From: Rhynchobatus australiae
Taxonomy: Eukaryota
Length of the DNA: 64,000 nt
Assembly (NCBI GenBank): GCA_034780895.1
Contig: JAUZTB010000069.1
Span: 13,043,419-13,107,418 of the forward strand
Reading direction: 5' to 3'
The notes under the pieces: generated by a model
Databases searched by the model: none
Seen by the model: the letters and a program-made list of their open reading frames with translations, nothing else
What the model was told of the DNA's origin: nothing
Program-made: the position numbers and the translations under genes
Part shown: positions 10,801 to 23,245 of the stretch, piece after piece
How positions within the stretch are numbered: position 1 is the stretch's first letter
Layout: every line of letters begins with the position of its first letter

Positions 10801-13800
10801 AACCAGTTTAAGATATTAATTCCAAATCACACTGGTTATGACTTTGAATGTTATGTGATTGGATCAATGTGTGTGTTTCTTTTAAACTTTGAACAGTCAC
10901 ATTTTCCAAATCCAGCCATTCTTAGTTACCATTTTGTGNNNNNNNNNNNNNNNNNNNNNNNNNNNNNNNNNNNNNNNNNNNNNNNNNNNNNNNNNNNNNN
11001 NNNNNNNNNNNNNNNNNNNNNNNNNNNNNNNNNNNNNNNNNNNNNNNNNNNNNNNNNNNNNNNNNNNNNNNNNNNNNNNNNNNNNNNNNNNNNNNNNNNN
11101 NNNNNNNNNNNNNNNNNNNNNNNGGCCTTAGGAGAGGTAAAACTACCCACTCCCACCACGCCACCCCTGAAGCTCTCAACCCCTAGCCTTAGATTGTAGC
11201 AAGCAGTCATTTTCAAAAATCTCAGAGAAATGCATTGTCAGTTTAAAACTTCTGCAAAAGAAAATCAGCTTGAAAGCTCAGAGAGATTGTTCAGATTGGT
11301 TCATGCTGCTGTCATGGTTAGAAATATAAGCAAACAAATACTGCGTGTATAAAATTATTCTACAAAAGAACANNNNNNNNNNCCTCAGATTACCACCTCA
11401 CACATTGAGGATTTGGGTATTATAACTGCATATGTTTCCAACCTATATATTACATCACTATAGTTATCCACCTGCAAAGATGCAGTTGTTTAATATTATA
11501 AGTTGACAAGCTGTAAATTAACGTGATATTCACTGAAGACTAATGAGAAATCTTCAGAAAATATAGTACAACTTCAATGACTGAAACCAATAGCAAAAAT
11601 ATTATTCTGTCCTCATATTAGTAGATGTATACTTCAATATTAAAGCTAAAATAATGGGAGGGAACTTGCTGGCTACCATTGGCAGTTCTATGTGGAATAG
11701 CTGGTGTTAGATGCCAGTAAATAATGGAAGGACATGGAGGTCCCAGACTCAATAACAGTTCGATTCTGCCAGTGCTGGACTGCACATACAGTTAAATAGT
11801 GGAGCCCAGCCTTGCTGATATCCCCAGAATTAAATTACCTCCCAGATCCTGCTGTGGATGTGGAGAAAATGTTTCCTTTCCTGGGTGAATAGGGGGTACA
11901 GTTAAAAAATAAGGTATCCCACATTTAAGACAGAGATGAGGTGAATTTTTTTTCCAAATCAGCATCAGGTTTATTATCACTGGTGTATGTCGTGAAATTT
12001 GTTGTTCTGCAGCAACAGTACAGTGCAAGACATAAAAATTACTATAAGTTGCCAAAAAGTAAATAAATAAGATAGTGCAAAAGAGGAATAACAAGGTAGA
12101 ATTCTATAAAAATTTGCAAGAGTCTTTGGTGACACACAAAATCCCCTCAAACTCCTAATGAAGTAGAGTTGCTGGTGTGCCTTCTTCGTGATTGCATCAA
12201 TGTGTTGGGCCCAGGATAGATCCTCTGAGATGTTGACACCCAGGAACTTGAAGCTGCTCACCCTTTCCACCGCTGAGCCCCCCCAATGAAGACTGGTGTG
12301 TGTTCTCCTGACTTCTCCTTCCTGAAGTCCACAATCAATTCCTTGGTCTTGTTGATAGTGAGTGCGAGGTTGTCGTTATGACACCACTCAACCAGCTGAC
12401 CTGTCTCACTCCCGTACGCCTCCTCATCGCAATCTGAGGTTCTGCCAACAACAGTGGTGTGATCGGCGAATTTATAGATGGCATTTGAGCTGTGCCTAGC
12501 CACACTGTCATGAGTGTAGAGAGATTATGACTCATTGGAACTCTTCTTCAGTGGAAGAAGTTTTTGAATATTTTTAAGGTAAAGATAAATAGATTCTTGA
12601 TGAGCAAGAGGACCAAAAGTTACTCTGGGTAGGTCGGAATGTGAAGTTGAGATTACTGTCAGATCAGTCACAATCTTATGAAATGGTGGAATAGGATCAA
12701 GGGAGCCTACTCCTAACTCATATCACCTCTGCTGTGAAAATCCTGGAATGTTTTACAACATTAAAGGCACAAGGTTGATGCAAACTGTTGTATCTGGGTG
12801 AGTGCTGGCATCAAAGGAACTATCCCACAACCAGAGGTGTTGCTTTTAAGCAGGCAGGTGTGGAGGACAGTTGATAATAGGAGGGAAGGTCAGATTTAAA
12901 TAGGAATTGGCATATAAAACATTATTAATTCTACACGGCAACTTCAGTTGATTAGCTTCTCTCATGAGTTGGAATTGGCACAACTGTATGATTGGATTTT
13001 TAAACATACAATTTATAGCAGAAATACTGATCCTGTTTAAATAACTCTTGCAGATGAGGAAGCAGATGAATTTGGGCAACTTCTGGCCAACGAACAGACA
13101 AAAATTAAGGATGCCATGCACAATAATGCTGCTTCATTGGCGGAAAGGAAGGCCAATGAGGAAGCAGCAAGCAGTGACTCTGTACTACAGAGAACAAAGG
13201 ACCACAGATCGATGAAGCCAGGCTCTACACAGAATGGTGGGAGTCCACCAGAAACTATCCCACAGGTCTCAGGCAATGTTGAAGGCCAGTCTTCCATGGA
13301 TGGGTTGAATGGCAGCCAGGAATACACTTGCTTTCCAATGAACAGAACTGATGTAATGGGGAATGATGAGATCACTGGGGAAAGTGTCTACAGTCAGAAA
13401 CCCAATGCTTTGAAGGATAAGCAGAACCATCTACAGGGGTCAGCAGAAGTATTTGGAAAGTCGCGCAGAATAACCAACCACCAGGCGAGCGAAGACAAGC
13501 AGATTTTAACAGGTTCCAATTTCTGGTCACCTAGTGACTTGGGTTGCAATAGTGACCCACCCTGGGAGCATCAACTACCTGCACATTGCAACCAAGGTCC
13601 CAAGGATGGCTACACTGGTACCAAACCAGGAACATGCAGGAGTGAAGATGCAAACTATGGCAATGGGCAGCTCCTTGATAAACTCATGTCAGGAAATGAG
13701 GATGATAAGGCCATGTTAGCTGGCAGCACACAAGGTCAATGGACAGTTGACACACTGAGAAAACAGGCAAGTAACAGGTAACTCTGCTGAAGTGTTTTAG

Positions 13801-16800
13801 TGTAGAGTAGGGCAAAATGTTCTTGCAAATGTGTGAACAAAAACACAATGGGACCAAGGATGCAAATTATTGCAGCTGTTTCACAGGTGTGACAATGATA
13901 AATTGTAAAGTAGGGACCCAAACTGTGCACACTTGGGTCACTGCTAAATATAGGAGCAATTTGTCTTAAAGGGTTTCCTGACAGATCAGATTGATCAAAG
14001 GCTCATTTGGAAATCTGGTTAAAAAGAGAGCATGCAATGTAAGCTCCATCTAATGACTTCATCTCATGGGAAAATATCCATAAAGGATCATGGGAAACTG
14101 TGGAAGGAATCAGCAGATGTTTTTAAACTTTTTTTTGTGTAAAGTTGTGAAGGGCAGATTGTTCCTCCAACCTCCACAATCAGACTCTGTTGATACCTTA
14201 AAGAACAAACAAAAAACAATTCTTGAGCTGCAAAGAGATTTGGAACAATGCTAAGGACATAATGGATACTAGATAAATGCAAGTTTATTTGTGAATAATA
14301 CAAGTACAGTAGGTATAAACATTTAAACCTACAAATGTGGTCAAACAAAAAATTACCTATTTAATTGGCATTTTCTCTAGAAGTTGACATTACAACTTAA
14401 ATGAGCTTATTAAGAAACCCTCTCTTTGTCTATCCCTCCCATTTTACAAGGTGGAATGACTTTGTACCTAGAGGTAGATGAGCTCTCAGCAGTGGGCCAA
14501 TAATTCAAAATGGTGTCCTATACTGTTGTTGAATATTAGTTGATGTTAGCAATAACTACTTGAATTAACAAAGTGCCTTTCCTGCTAGAAAAAAAACTTA
14601 AAAGATTAGAGCAGCAAAGATGCATTCATTAGAAGAACTTGTTCTAACAGGTTGGAAACTGAGAGAAGAATGACTTTATGGCCATACAAACTTAACGTAA
14701 TAAGGAAGCTATTGTAGATCAGGTCGATGTTGAGATACAATCACCATTAAGTGATAGCGCCTGTCAGAGGAAAGACCTGATTGACAAAACAAGATGGATG
14801 GAGGTAATTTTATCTTTCCCAAAATTCCTACCTCGTCGGCACTGACACGGTGGGCTGAAGGGCCTGTTTCTGTGCTGTACAACTCTATGACTGTGTGGGC
14901 CACGAAAAGTAGCAAGTTCAAGGAAACAAGACCACAACTATGGTAATCTCTCACTTTGTCAGTTCTGTAAATTTCCAGTTCAGAATCTCATGGGAATGTA
15001 AATCAAGTTATGCTGACATTCCCAACAACTTCCTGTTCATTGTCGACAGCTTTCAGTAAGTGCAATCAGGCACGGTCTTTGTACCTGATTAATGTCAATT
15101 TCTGATTCAGTCTCCATGGATTCATTATTGAGTTAATTACCTCTGGTTGCAAACTGGTTAGTCAGTATAAGTTCCTTTACTGAGTCGCAGCTTCTTGAAG
15201 TTTTATTTTAATGTGAAAGGTGTTCTGTATATTCAAGTTATTGCTTACATTGGCACCATTACTAAAACTAGTTTCTTCTAAACCAGTGTAGAAGACCACT
15301 TCCATTAATTGATGTATTCCTGGGAATACTTAAAGCAGAGTCAACCATCCAAAGGAAAACAGTGCAGAAAACTTCCATCTGTAAATTTTGGCATATTTCT
15401 GCTAGCAAATTATATTATATCAAAATAATTTCAAAAAAGTGCAGAGATCTGATTCCAAACATTTTAAAATCTAACAACAATTAGAGGAACACTCAAGCCT
15501 GGAGGCTCCTGCTTGCAAATTGGAGATACAATTTATAAGTTTTTTTGAACTTGATAGCATAGACAATCTTTTAGCCCTGTACCAATTCCTCTTTTTGTTC
15601 CCCGCAAGGACCTGGAATTTTTTGCCTTCCATACCTTTATCCAATAGTTGATGTGTTTGAAAGCTTGTAGTCATAATGTGAAATTTTTCATTTCCCTTGT
15701 ATTTACTGTTTTTCAATTGAGAATTAGTAAACCTGCCTTCTCACAGGAATTCCTTCAGATGAATTTAACTAGCATCTCCTAAATCTATGGTGCAAACTGT
15801 ATACAAAATAATGGGCTAAATGTGTTTGCAACAACAGTAATTGGAGAATAGGAACTAAATTATGAAAGGCTTTTACACCAGTGCTTTAGTTCCATGGTGG
15901 TACCTGTATCTTAATAGGGACCTCAATCTTCTAATGAGTTCCAAGTAAAGCCACATTGAGGGTTTACAACCAGGCCATTCTCAACTCATCCATCCCTGGG
16001 AGAGGCAGAGAGTGCAAGGGAAGTTGAGAAAGATTTGTATAGCTCTGTAACCTCTTTCTACCCCCTAAACCCTACAGCCCTCTGAGATCTCTTGCACATT
16101 CCAAATTTTATTCACTCCTCCATTGACCGTCCTGTTGAGCCCCCTGAGTGCTCAAATTCCCTCCCCAAATTTCTCATCTAGCTTTCTCATTTAAGACTAT
16201 CTTTAAAATTTACCACTTCAAGTCTTATCCCTGACCTGTGCTCATGAAGCTTGATGACAAATGTTGTTTAGTAAGTCATTTACTCCCTTAAGACTGCTAT
16301 ATAATTAGGAAGTTGTTGATATTGATGTGTATTTCTGAAGCCAGGCAGATGAAATAAAGGAATTCTCAAATTAGCTGTTTCTTTAGAAACTTGATTATGA
16401 TAAAGGTTGAGTTACTCTGCAACTTGGAATGTTTCACAATTCAATTCATTCATTTATTCCCCCGAAGATTGCGGACGTAATCACTATGCTCAAGGTCTGC
16501 AAATCGGTGGGAGAGTTGATCATGAGAAACACGGGGCTAACTGATGACCTTCTCGAAATGCTCATCAGCGCATTAGTAAACAACAGCCAATCGGAGGTGG
16601 AAACAATTAACCTTAATATAAATAACCTTGGGCCGCAGAGTGCTGAGCTACTGGTGAAGCTTCTTAAAGCCAAGCCCTCAATCAAGTGCCTGCTGTAAGT
16701 AGCATATTACTTGCACTATGTGACAACTGATTTATTGTGCTTCATGAATCTGTGGTTTATTAATTTGGGGTTCAATGAGATTTTTATATAATCACCTCAT

Positions 16801-18833
16801 TCTAGAGTAAAGAATTATATTAAACATTTTTCCAATGAAACACAAACTAAATACTGCAGATGGAGACTGGAGACACAAGAGACTGCAGATACTGGAATCT
16901 GGAGAAACAAACAATCTGCTGGAGGAACTGAGCAGCATCTGCTCAACCCACTGATTTCCTCCAGCAAATTGTTTAGATTTCTAGCATCAGCAGTATTTAA
17001 AATGAAGATGTAGCACAGAGTGAAAGAGGCACATTCAATGTAATGTGACATCTCAGAACTGCTGATGAACCTTTTACAAATAACATTGTCACTAAGATCT
17101 TTAAAAATTCAGGGATTGGTATTTAGGAATCATGTGTCTCTTGGACAGAGAAACTATTATTCATTGTGTTTTAATCTTGTCATACGATGCAAAACCACAT
17201 ATGAAGCCACAATATGGAAAATACAAACCAGTGGCAACCAGACGGAACAACATTACTATCAAAGAGGTTGAAAGATGTTCAAAATTGCTTGCCAATGAAA
17301 GTGCTGGACAAGTAAATTAAAGCACTGAAACAGGCCATTTGTTTCGACTATACTAGTGTATATGCTCCACATACAGTAAGTTTTTTTCCCCTCACCTTAT
17401 TTCATTTAATTCCTTCAAGGTAAACTCCCTTTTCCTTTTCTATCCTTTGACTAAGAACAAACTTTCTCTCTCCACAGATGCTGCCTGACCTGCTGAGTGT
17501 TTCCAGCATTTTTTGTTTTTATTTCTGATTTCCAGCAGCTGCAGGTTTAAACATTTTTCATATCCTTTCAAGGATTTATTCAACTGTCCTTAATGCACCC
17601 ATGCCATTTACATTTTATCTACTTTGTGTTGTACATTTTATCTACTTTGTAGTTAGAGAAAGGTCCCCAGTGCCCAGCTCCAATTTTGGAACAAGTACAG
17701 GAAGTGCTGGGATACATTGCAAAGTAGTGGTGAGCTTATGATAAGATTGCAAGAACAAAACTTGAGCTATTTTCCTAATCTCAATCCCACTGGGAATCAG
17801 TAAACAAGTCAGTATTAATTTATTTTCTATGTGTAATCACTTGTGTGGGCTTCAAAGTGTATAGGAAGAGGACAGACTACTTTTACCACAGTGGNNNNNN
17901 NNNNNATAGATTCTAACAGTCATGCACTACGCATCATTTAAATTAAAAACAGAAACTAGTAGAAACACACAGCAGATCAGAGAGCATTCTGTGGAAGGAG
18001 AATTCCAACTAGGGTTAAGTTTCTCTTTCTACGTTCTGTCTGACCTGCTGAGTGTTTCCAGTATGTTTGGTTTTCACTTTTCTGCATCTGTAGTTTTTTT
18101 TAATTATTTCCACATCATTTAAATTTCACATATAAAATTGTATTTGTAACAATTAGGATTACAGTTGCAAATTCCTGTTATGATGGGGATAAACAATCCA
18201 TCTGCGACATCATAGTCTATTACTATTGCGATTATTACTTTTTCCAGATTACACGGAAATAATTTGGGTGACAAAGGCATTAGCATTTTGATGAATGGAC
18301 TCATTGACCTCTTTCTGGCCGAGAACACAGAAGAAACTGGGAATGACATTCACGGTGGTGAGCAGCCAGAGACCCAGAAAAAGAGGCAGCAGCTAACTGA
18401 ACTTGACATTGGCTCAAATCAACTAACCAATGAAGGCCTGAATTCCGTGGCCTCATTTCTCAGCCTGAACCCACCTCTTGAATACTTGGGACTGTCCCAG
18501 AATAATGCTGTAGATTTGACTGGGTGGAGAGGACTATTTGATATTTTGAAGGACTGTAGGCACATCTCTCATGTCCTCCTTGATGATAATGTTCTTCGCA
18601 ATGAAGGGGCAAAATACTTGGCAAAAGTGCTCCATGTTAATGGGAGTCTATGTAAAGTAGACCTGGACTGCAATGAAATAGGAGATGAAGGAGGTCTAGC
18701 TCTATGTGAAGCCTTATCTTCCAATCCTCACCAATCACTTAGGTATTTGAGTCTCAATGGAAATGAGCTCAGCAGTGGAGTGAAGAAAGAACTGAATGCA
18801 TTACTCACAGAAAATAACCAGGGGTACACCTGA
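4090..18833 (+). CDS. Multi-exon gene: large disordered N-terminus + C-terminal RI-type leucine-rich repeats (LRRC73-like); 5' end uncertain
   Basis: Exons join(4090-4809,6220-6544,9042-9236,13054-13766,16468-16694,18248-18833), all with AG acceptors and compatible phases (1,1,1,0,2); open frames; LxxLxLxxNxLxxxG repeats in last two exons; TGA at 18831-18833 followed by AATAAA. Confidence 0.75.
6220..6544 (+). CDS. LRR gene exon (acidic, ENDLSGFLGDDDK...KQIEED)
   Basis: tttgcag acceptor, G|gtaggt donor, phase 1-1; frame shifts across the 10-N gap at 6357-6366, consistent with a mis-sized gap. Confidence 0.65.
7165..8245 (-). mobile_element. Rex1/Babar-like LINE fragment (RT C-terminal + 3' tail)
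   Basis: VDRVSSFKFLGINI...KKARQRLCFIRSLRRF...CITAWYG translation. Confidence 0.75.
7245..7660 (-). mobile_element. tRNA-derived V-SINE (HE1-like)
   Basis: ggaaaccggagcacccggaggaaacccacgcagac V-core; A/B box head; LINE-like tail. Confidence 0.8.
9042..9236 (+). CDS. LRR gene exon (GTPIGVSRLELSARIREKL...ERQQIT)
   Basis: ttgttctctag acceptor, A|gtaagt donor, 195 nt, phase 1-1, open frame, GC/CpG richer than flanks. Confidence 0.75.
11958..12525 (-). mobile_element. Rex1/Babar-like LINE fragment nested in a CR1 fragment (11880-12720)
   Basis: YKFADHTTVVGR...WCHNDNLALTINKTKELIVDFRK and VSSFKFLGVNISEDLSW translations. Confidence 0.8.
13054..13766 (+). CDS. LRR gene exon (NEEADEFGQLL...TVDTLRKQ)
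   Basis: ctcttgcag acceptor phase 1; in frame with 221-aa ORF 13116-13781; phase-0 end requires GC donor CAG|gcaagt (alternative GT donors at 13771 and 13778 are out of phase with next exon). Confidence 0.7.
16468..16694 (+). CDS. LRR gene exon, first LRR block (IADVITMLKVC...PSIKCL)
   Basis: ttattcccccgaag acceptor, CT|gtaagt donor; LRR motifs LIMRNTGL, INLNINNL. Confidence 0.85.
16848..16998. repeat. Short fold-back element made of inverted Penelope-type termini
   Basis: aaatactgcagatg...aaacaatctgctggaggaa pairs with ttcctccagcaaattgttt...catcagcagtattt; similar at 39915-40082 and 63735-63930. Confidence 0.6.
18248..18833 (+). CDS. LRR gene terminal exon (LHGNNLGDKG...ENNQGYT*)
   Basis: ttactttttccag acceptor phase 2; RI-type LRRs LDIGSNQL, LGLSQN, LLDDNVL, VDLDCNEI, LSLNGNEL; stop TGA. 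Confidence 0.9.
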
Positions 18834-18956
18834 CCATATTGGCTGTAAACTCAGCAATATCAAAATAAGGAAAATGTTTTATGGGGAAATGCTATTTGAC
18901 CACAGCTGCTTCTCTTTTGGCTACAACACAAGAACTTGCCAAGGGATTTACAAAAT

Positions 18957-18980
18957 AATAAAGAATTTGTAAAAAATAAA
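18957..18980 (+). terminator. Candidate polyadenylation signals of LRR gene
   Basis: AATAAA at 18957-18962 and 18975-18980, ~125-145 nt after stop. Confidence 0.5.
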
Positions 18981-21900
18981 ATTACATTATGTAGGGTATT
19001 TAACTGTCCTAAGCTGCTTCACAGGACCTTTATTTACCATTTAACAGGAGAGGCAACCAACATACTGACAAATTTTGAGCATCTTAAAGGATGGGTGAGA
19101 AGTCAATGGTGGAAAAGAGGAATTCCAGAATTTAGCTGAAGGCACAATGGGTCAATGATTAAAGGCAAAGGTCAGTATGCGAAGAGCACAGATTAAACTG
19201 TATAAAGCAAGAGAAATCCTTCTATACTCAAAAGCAGTATATGAATTTGTCAGACAAATTAAACATTCACAACGTCTTTTACTACCACAAGGAAATCTAA
19301 TAATTCCACCATTAGCAAGTATAGAAGTGACTAGGGAAAATGTATGGATACATTAAAAATAGAATGAGCATGCAAGATTAAATAAGCTTTTCTTTTTGTT
19401 CTTAATTATGAGTTTCAGTCCTCAAACCACTAGAATTAATAGCAACTAGAATTAACGTTGCATTTCCAGTCAGCCTTAGCTTTGAGTGATCATGAATAAT
19501 CAGTTTGTTAATTTCACAGTAAGTTGTTTCATTGGCACATGGAGATCAAACAAATCACTAGGCAACATTTAGCAACTTAAATATCTATTAAAGTCCTTCC
19601 ATAAAATATACAATAGGTGAGAGTATTATACATTGAAACCCATCTTGCAATTAGTCCAAAATACAAACCTCTGGGAAACAAAAGACTCCCACAGCTGCAC
19701 AACTACAAAAGCAAAATTCTGAAACTGGTGGAAACCTGACTCAGAAAGCTTCTCTCATGTATGGAAAATAATCCATGTTTAAAGTGGGTTAATTTCAGCT
19801 TTTGTTTCATCTAAATCTCTTGCCACAAGTGGATGGTTTCCTGTGGGAATCACGCACACTTGTGAAAGACCGAGTTTTCATTGAGGAGATCCACATGCTC
19901 ACGGACTCCCATAACGCATTATCATGTCTCGTGTCTTCCCAGAAGGAAAAAGAAAATGCCTCAATAACTTCCTCAAAATCTCTTTGGGGGAAGAAACAAA
20001 GTGAAATTCTTCTCAGTTAATGGGAATCCCTAGCCCAAGACTACTCAACTGGCAGAGAAGTATCCAAGAAGGTACTCAGCTCTTCTGGCCCCAAAGACCA
20101 AGCACTAGTGGAAGCAATCTGTAGCATTCCAAACAACCTACCTGCCTCTGCCATCAAATGCCACTTGTGACAGGACCCTGCATTGGTCTCATTAGCCACC
20201 TGACCCTAAACTGTTGTTGACCCATAGAATATGGGAGGTACTCTCAAACATTTAAGTACCTTGCCATGCACTTAAATCAGCAAGGCATAAAAGGCTATAT
20301 ACCACGTGCTAGTAGATGGGACTAGTAAAGATAGGTACTTGATGTTTGGCATGGATGGACACAGTGGGCCAAAAGGTCTTGTTTCTGTGTCACATAACTC
20401 AATGACTTTCTGATTCTAAGACATCCACTTTAAGATCTGAGGAAATATACAAAGATGATATTTCCAAGTCAGGATAATGTTTAACCTGGAGAGGAACATG
20501 CAGACAGCAGACTTGCCTTATACTCACACATGGCAAAGGTGGAGAATCAAAAGATCTTGTGATTTGCTGCAGTGAACTTTGCAATATATTGTGTTGATCA
20601 TATACACTACAGACATTTGCACCGTTATCCAGCATTGACAATAATGCTCAGTCACCACTATTGTATTGTGCCAAATGGAGTTTGGAACACACAGAACAGG
20701 ATGAGACCATATGGCTCCTTCAGCCTGCACTGCCATTGAACAAGACTATAGCTGATTCAATCTTGGGGGTCTTAGCTTCACTTGTTTACTTAGTCATAAC
20801 CTTGTACTCCCCACTCCCCATAGAATAACTAACCCTCATCTCAGGAATCAACCTGAACCACCTCCAATGCAGGAATATTGAGTCTTAAATAGAAATCAAA
20901 ACTGTATGCAGTACCACAAATGTGGGTCACCAACACCCTATACTGCAGCAGCAAGATGTCCCTTTCCCNNNNNNNNNNNNNNNNNNNNNNNNNNNNNNNN
21001 NNNNNNNNNNNNNNNNNNNNNNNNNNNNNNNNNNNNNNNNNNNNNNNNNNNNNNNNNNNNNNNNNNNNNNNNNNNNNNNNNNACGAGATTTAACAGTGAA
21101 AAAAAAAATCACAAGATGCCTCATGGAAGGCACTGTGATCACATGCCTTTTACTGTGGTAACAATTGTTTATTGATCATGATTTGACTTTGTGTATTCTT
21201 CATTTAAATACATTCTAAATGCCATGACTCATGTACCATAATTCAATACTTAGATCTGAAAGCAATGGCATAGGAAAACAATTTAATAAAATGCCCAATA
21301 TCTTCAGTGAGGCTTGTGAACTTGGATTCTAAATAATGTCAAGCCTTTAATTAAACAGTTAGCTTCCTCTGTTGCTTAGTAAGAAGCCAACATTCATAAA
21401 GGTCTATCAATTTAGTAAATTGCAGCTGCTGCAAATAAAATTACATTCTCACCTACTAATGCAAGCCACTGCAGTGAAATTTCAATGATCCATCATCTGA
21501 CTTTTCAGAATTCCTAATAGCTCAGCACCAGGTGATGTTTGCCACACTCCCAATTCACTCCAGTTCCTGTGTCTCCTATTCAACTCACCAGGGCCCTAGT
21601 TTCTCCATTCTCCATAAAATGATTAAGTTTAGAGCACAGGAAAGTTGGAGTTCCCTGGAGAATTTAGATGTTATATGCTACATTGTAAAAAAGTGAATTA
21701 AAAGTGTTGGGGTATTAAAAGAATAACATCCTGTCTGGAAGATCTACCCGTCAGGCACCGAAATCCTGTATGTGCTGTATTATCAGAGATTCACAGAAAA
21801 ATGGGCCAGTTCCCATGGATCACTACCCACATGCATTTAACTATCTTTGGGAGAAGATATCAAAAGTAAGACCACAGAAAATCGTTAATTGATAGATCCC

Positions 21901-22209
21901 CCTCATAACCATTTAATGCAAAAGTAAAACATAACAGCTCCCAACTCAACCGTTGAAAATGCCACAAGACCAGCAACCATAGCAAATGTAAAAGCTCACC
22001 ATTGTTAATGAATCCAAGGCTATTCGCTACTATGAGCACAGTTCACTGTTCTTGAATGAGAATAATATGCAAATTTCAGTTCCTGATTTTCCTATAGGCA
22101 GTTTTGAGTAACATTCTATCGATCAGAAGTAATTTTCTTATCTCTAAAACAAGTATTCAAATTTACTGACAAATTTATTCATTCACTCCATGGTATGCAA
22201 GATCTTCAT

Positions 22210-22275
22210 TAGCAAATGTGGTGTGCACATTAATGCAACTTCCAGCAAATGTGGTGTGCACATTAATGTAACTTT
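22210..22275. repeat. 34-bp tandem duplication in probable PSMD5 3' UTR
   Basis: agcaaatgtggtgtgcacattaatg(c/t)aactt twice. Confidence 0.85.
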
Positions 22276-23245
22276 GCAATAATTGTAGCAGTATGGCTTA
22301 GACCCAACTTGCATTGAAAATAGGTTAATTTGAAAGAATTTCATATTAGTCATGATTTCTAAACTCTATATTCTCTGCTAGATACATATTTGAAAATGTA
22401 CATTTTCCTCCCCTTTCTGTTAGGCATATTAAGACAACATATGCTGGCAACCTCCAGTACATTTTAATCAATCACAGGATATGGACAAGGCCAGCAAAAT
22501 GCATTCCCCAAAAACATTTGAAACTGGTGGAGAGCCAAGTTACTGAACCAGTGATGATTGCCTCCCTCTACTGTTGAAACATGTGCAATGAAGGTGCTTA
22601 GTAGGAAAGTTGAGGATTTTGACCCAGCTTGGATGGTTAAATTCTTGCAATGGCATTAAAATGAATTATAGATTTCACTTCAATCAATCATAAAAGTTCT
22701 TTAATAAATATAAAGACTGATGTTCAGCTGGAAACCAAAGTCAGGTGGATGTTATGACAAAATATATAACTCTGGCCCAACATCTCAAAATGACAGACAT
22801 TTATATTATCTGGGTTGCAGATCTCACCATTACTCATGGTTTGTCTAAAGGAATGGAAAGGAAGAGGAAAAAGTGGCTATAGAGATCAAAAATTCCACTT
22901 AATCAAAGCTTCTGTTTAAATTCAAGCTTCATATAACAACATGTCCTTTACAAAAAAAAATGTAACAAACATAAGATCGAAAGCGGATTATTACAAAAAG
23001 ATAATAAATTGGCAGTCGAATGCGCCCGAACCCATGAGTCTCGTATACACCCATATGAACGGACCTTTAAGTTTTGAGTTCAGTAGAGAACTTTTCTAAG
23101 CCCAGGTGTTTCAGCCTGTACACATAGAACTTGTTCGGAACGTCCNNNNNNNNNNNNNNNNNNNNNNNNNNNNNNNNNNNNNNNNNNNNNNNNNNNNNNN
23201 NNNNNNNNNNNNNNNNNNNNNNNNNNNNNNNNNNNNNNNNNNNNN

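Noticed and set aside
22961-23145. Unreversed complement of this segment resembles an acceptor plus open frame
   Set aside because: Not a biologically readable orientation and not distinguishable from chance without a search.
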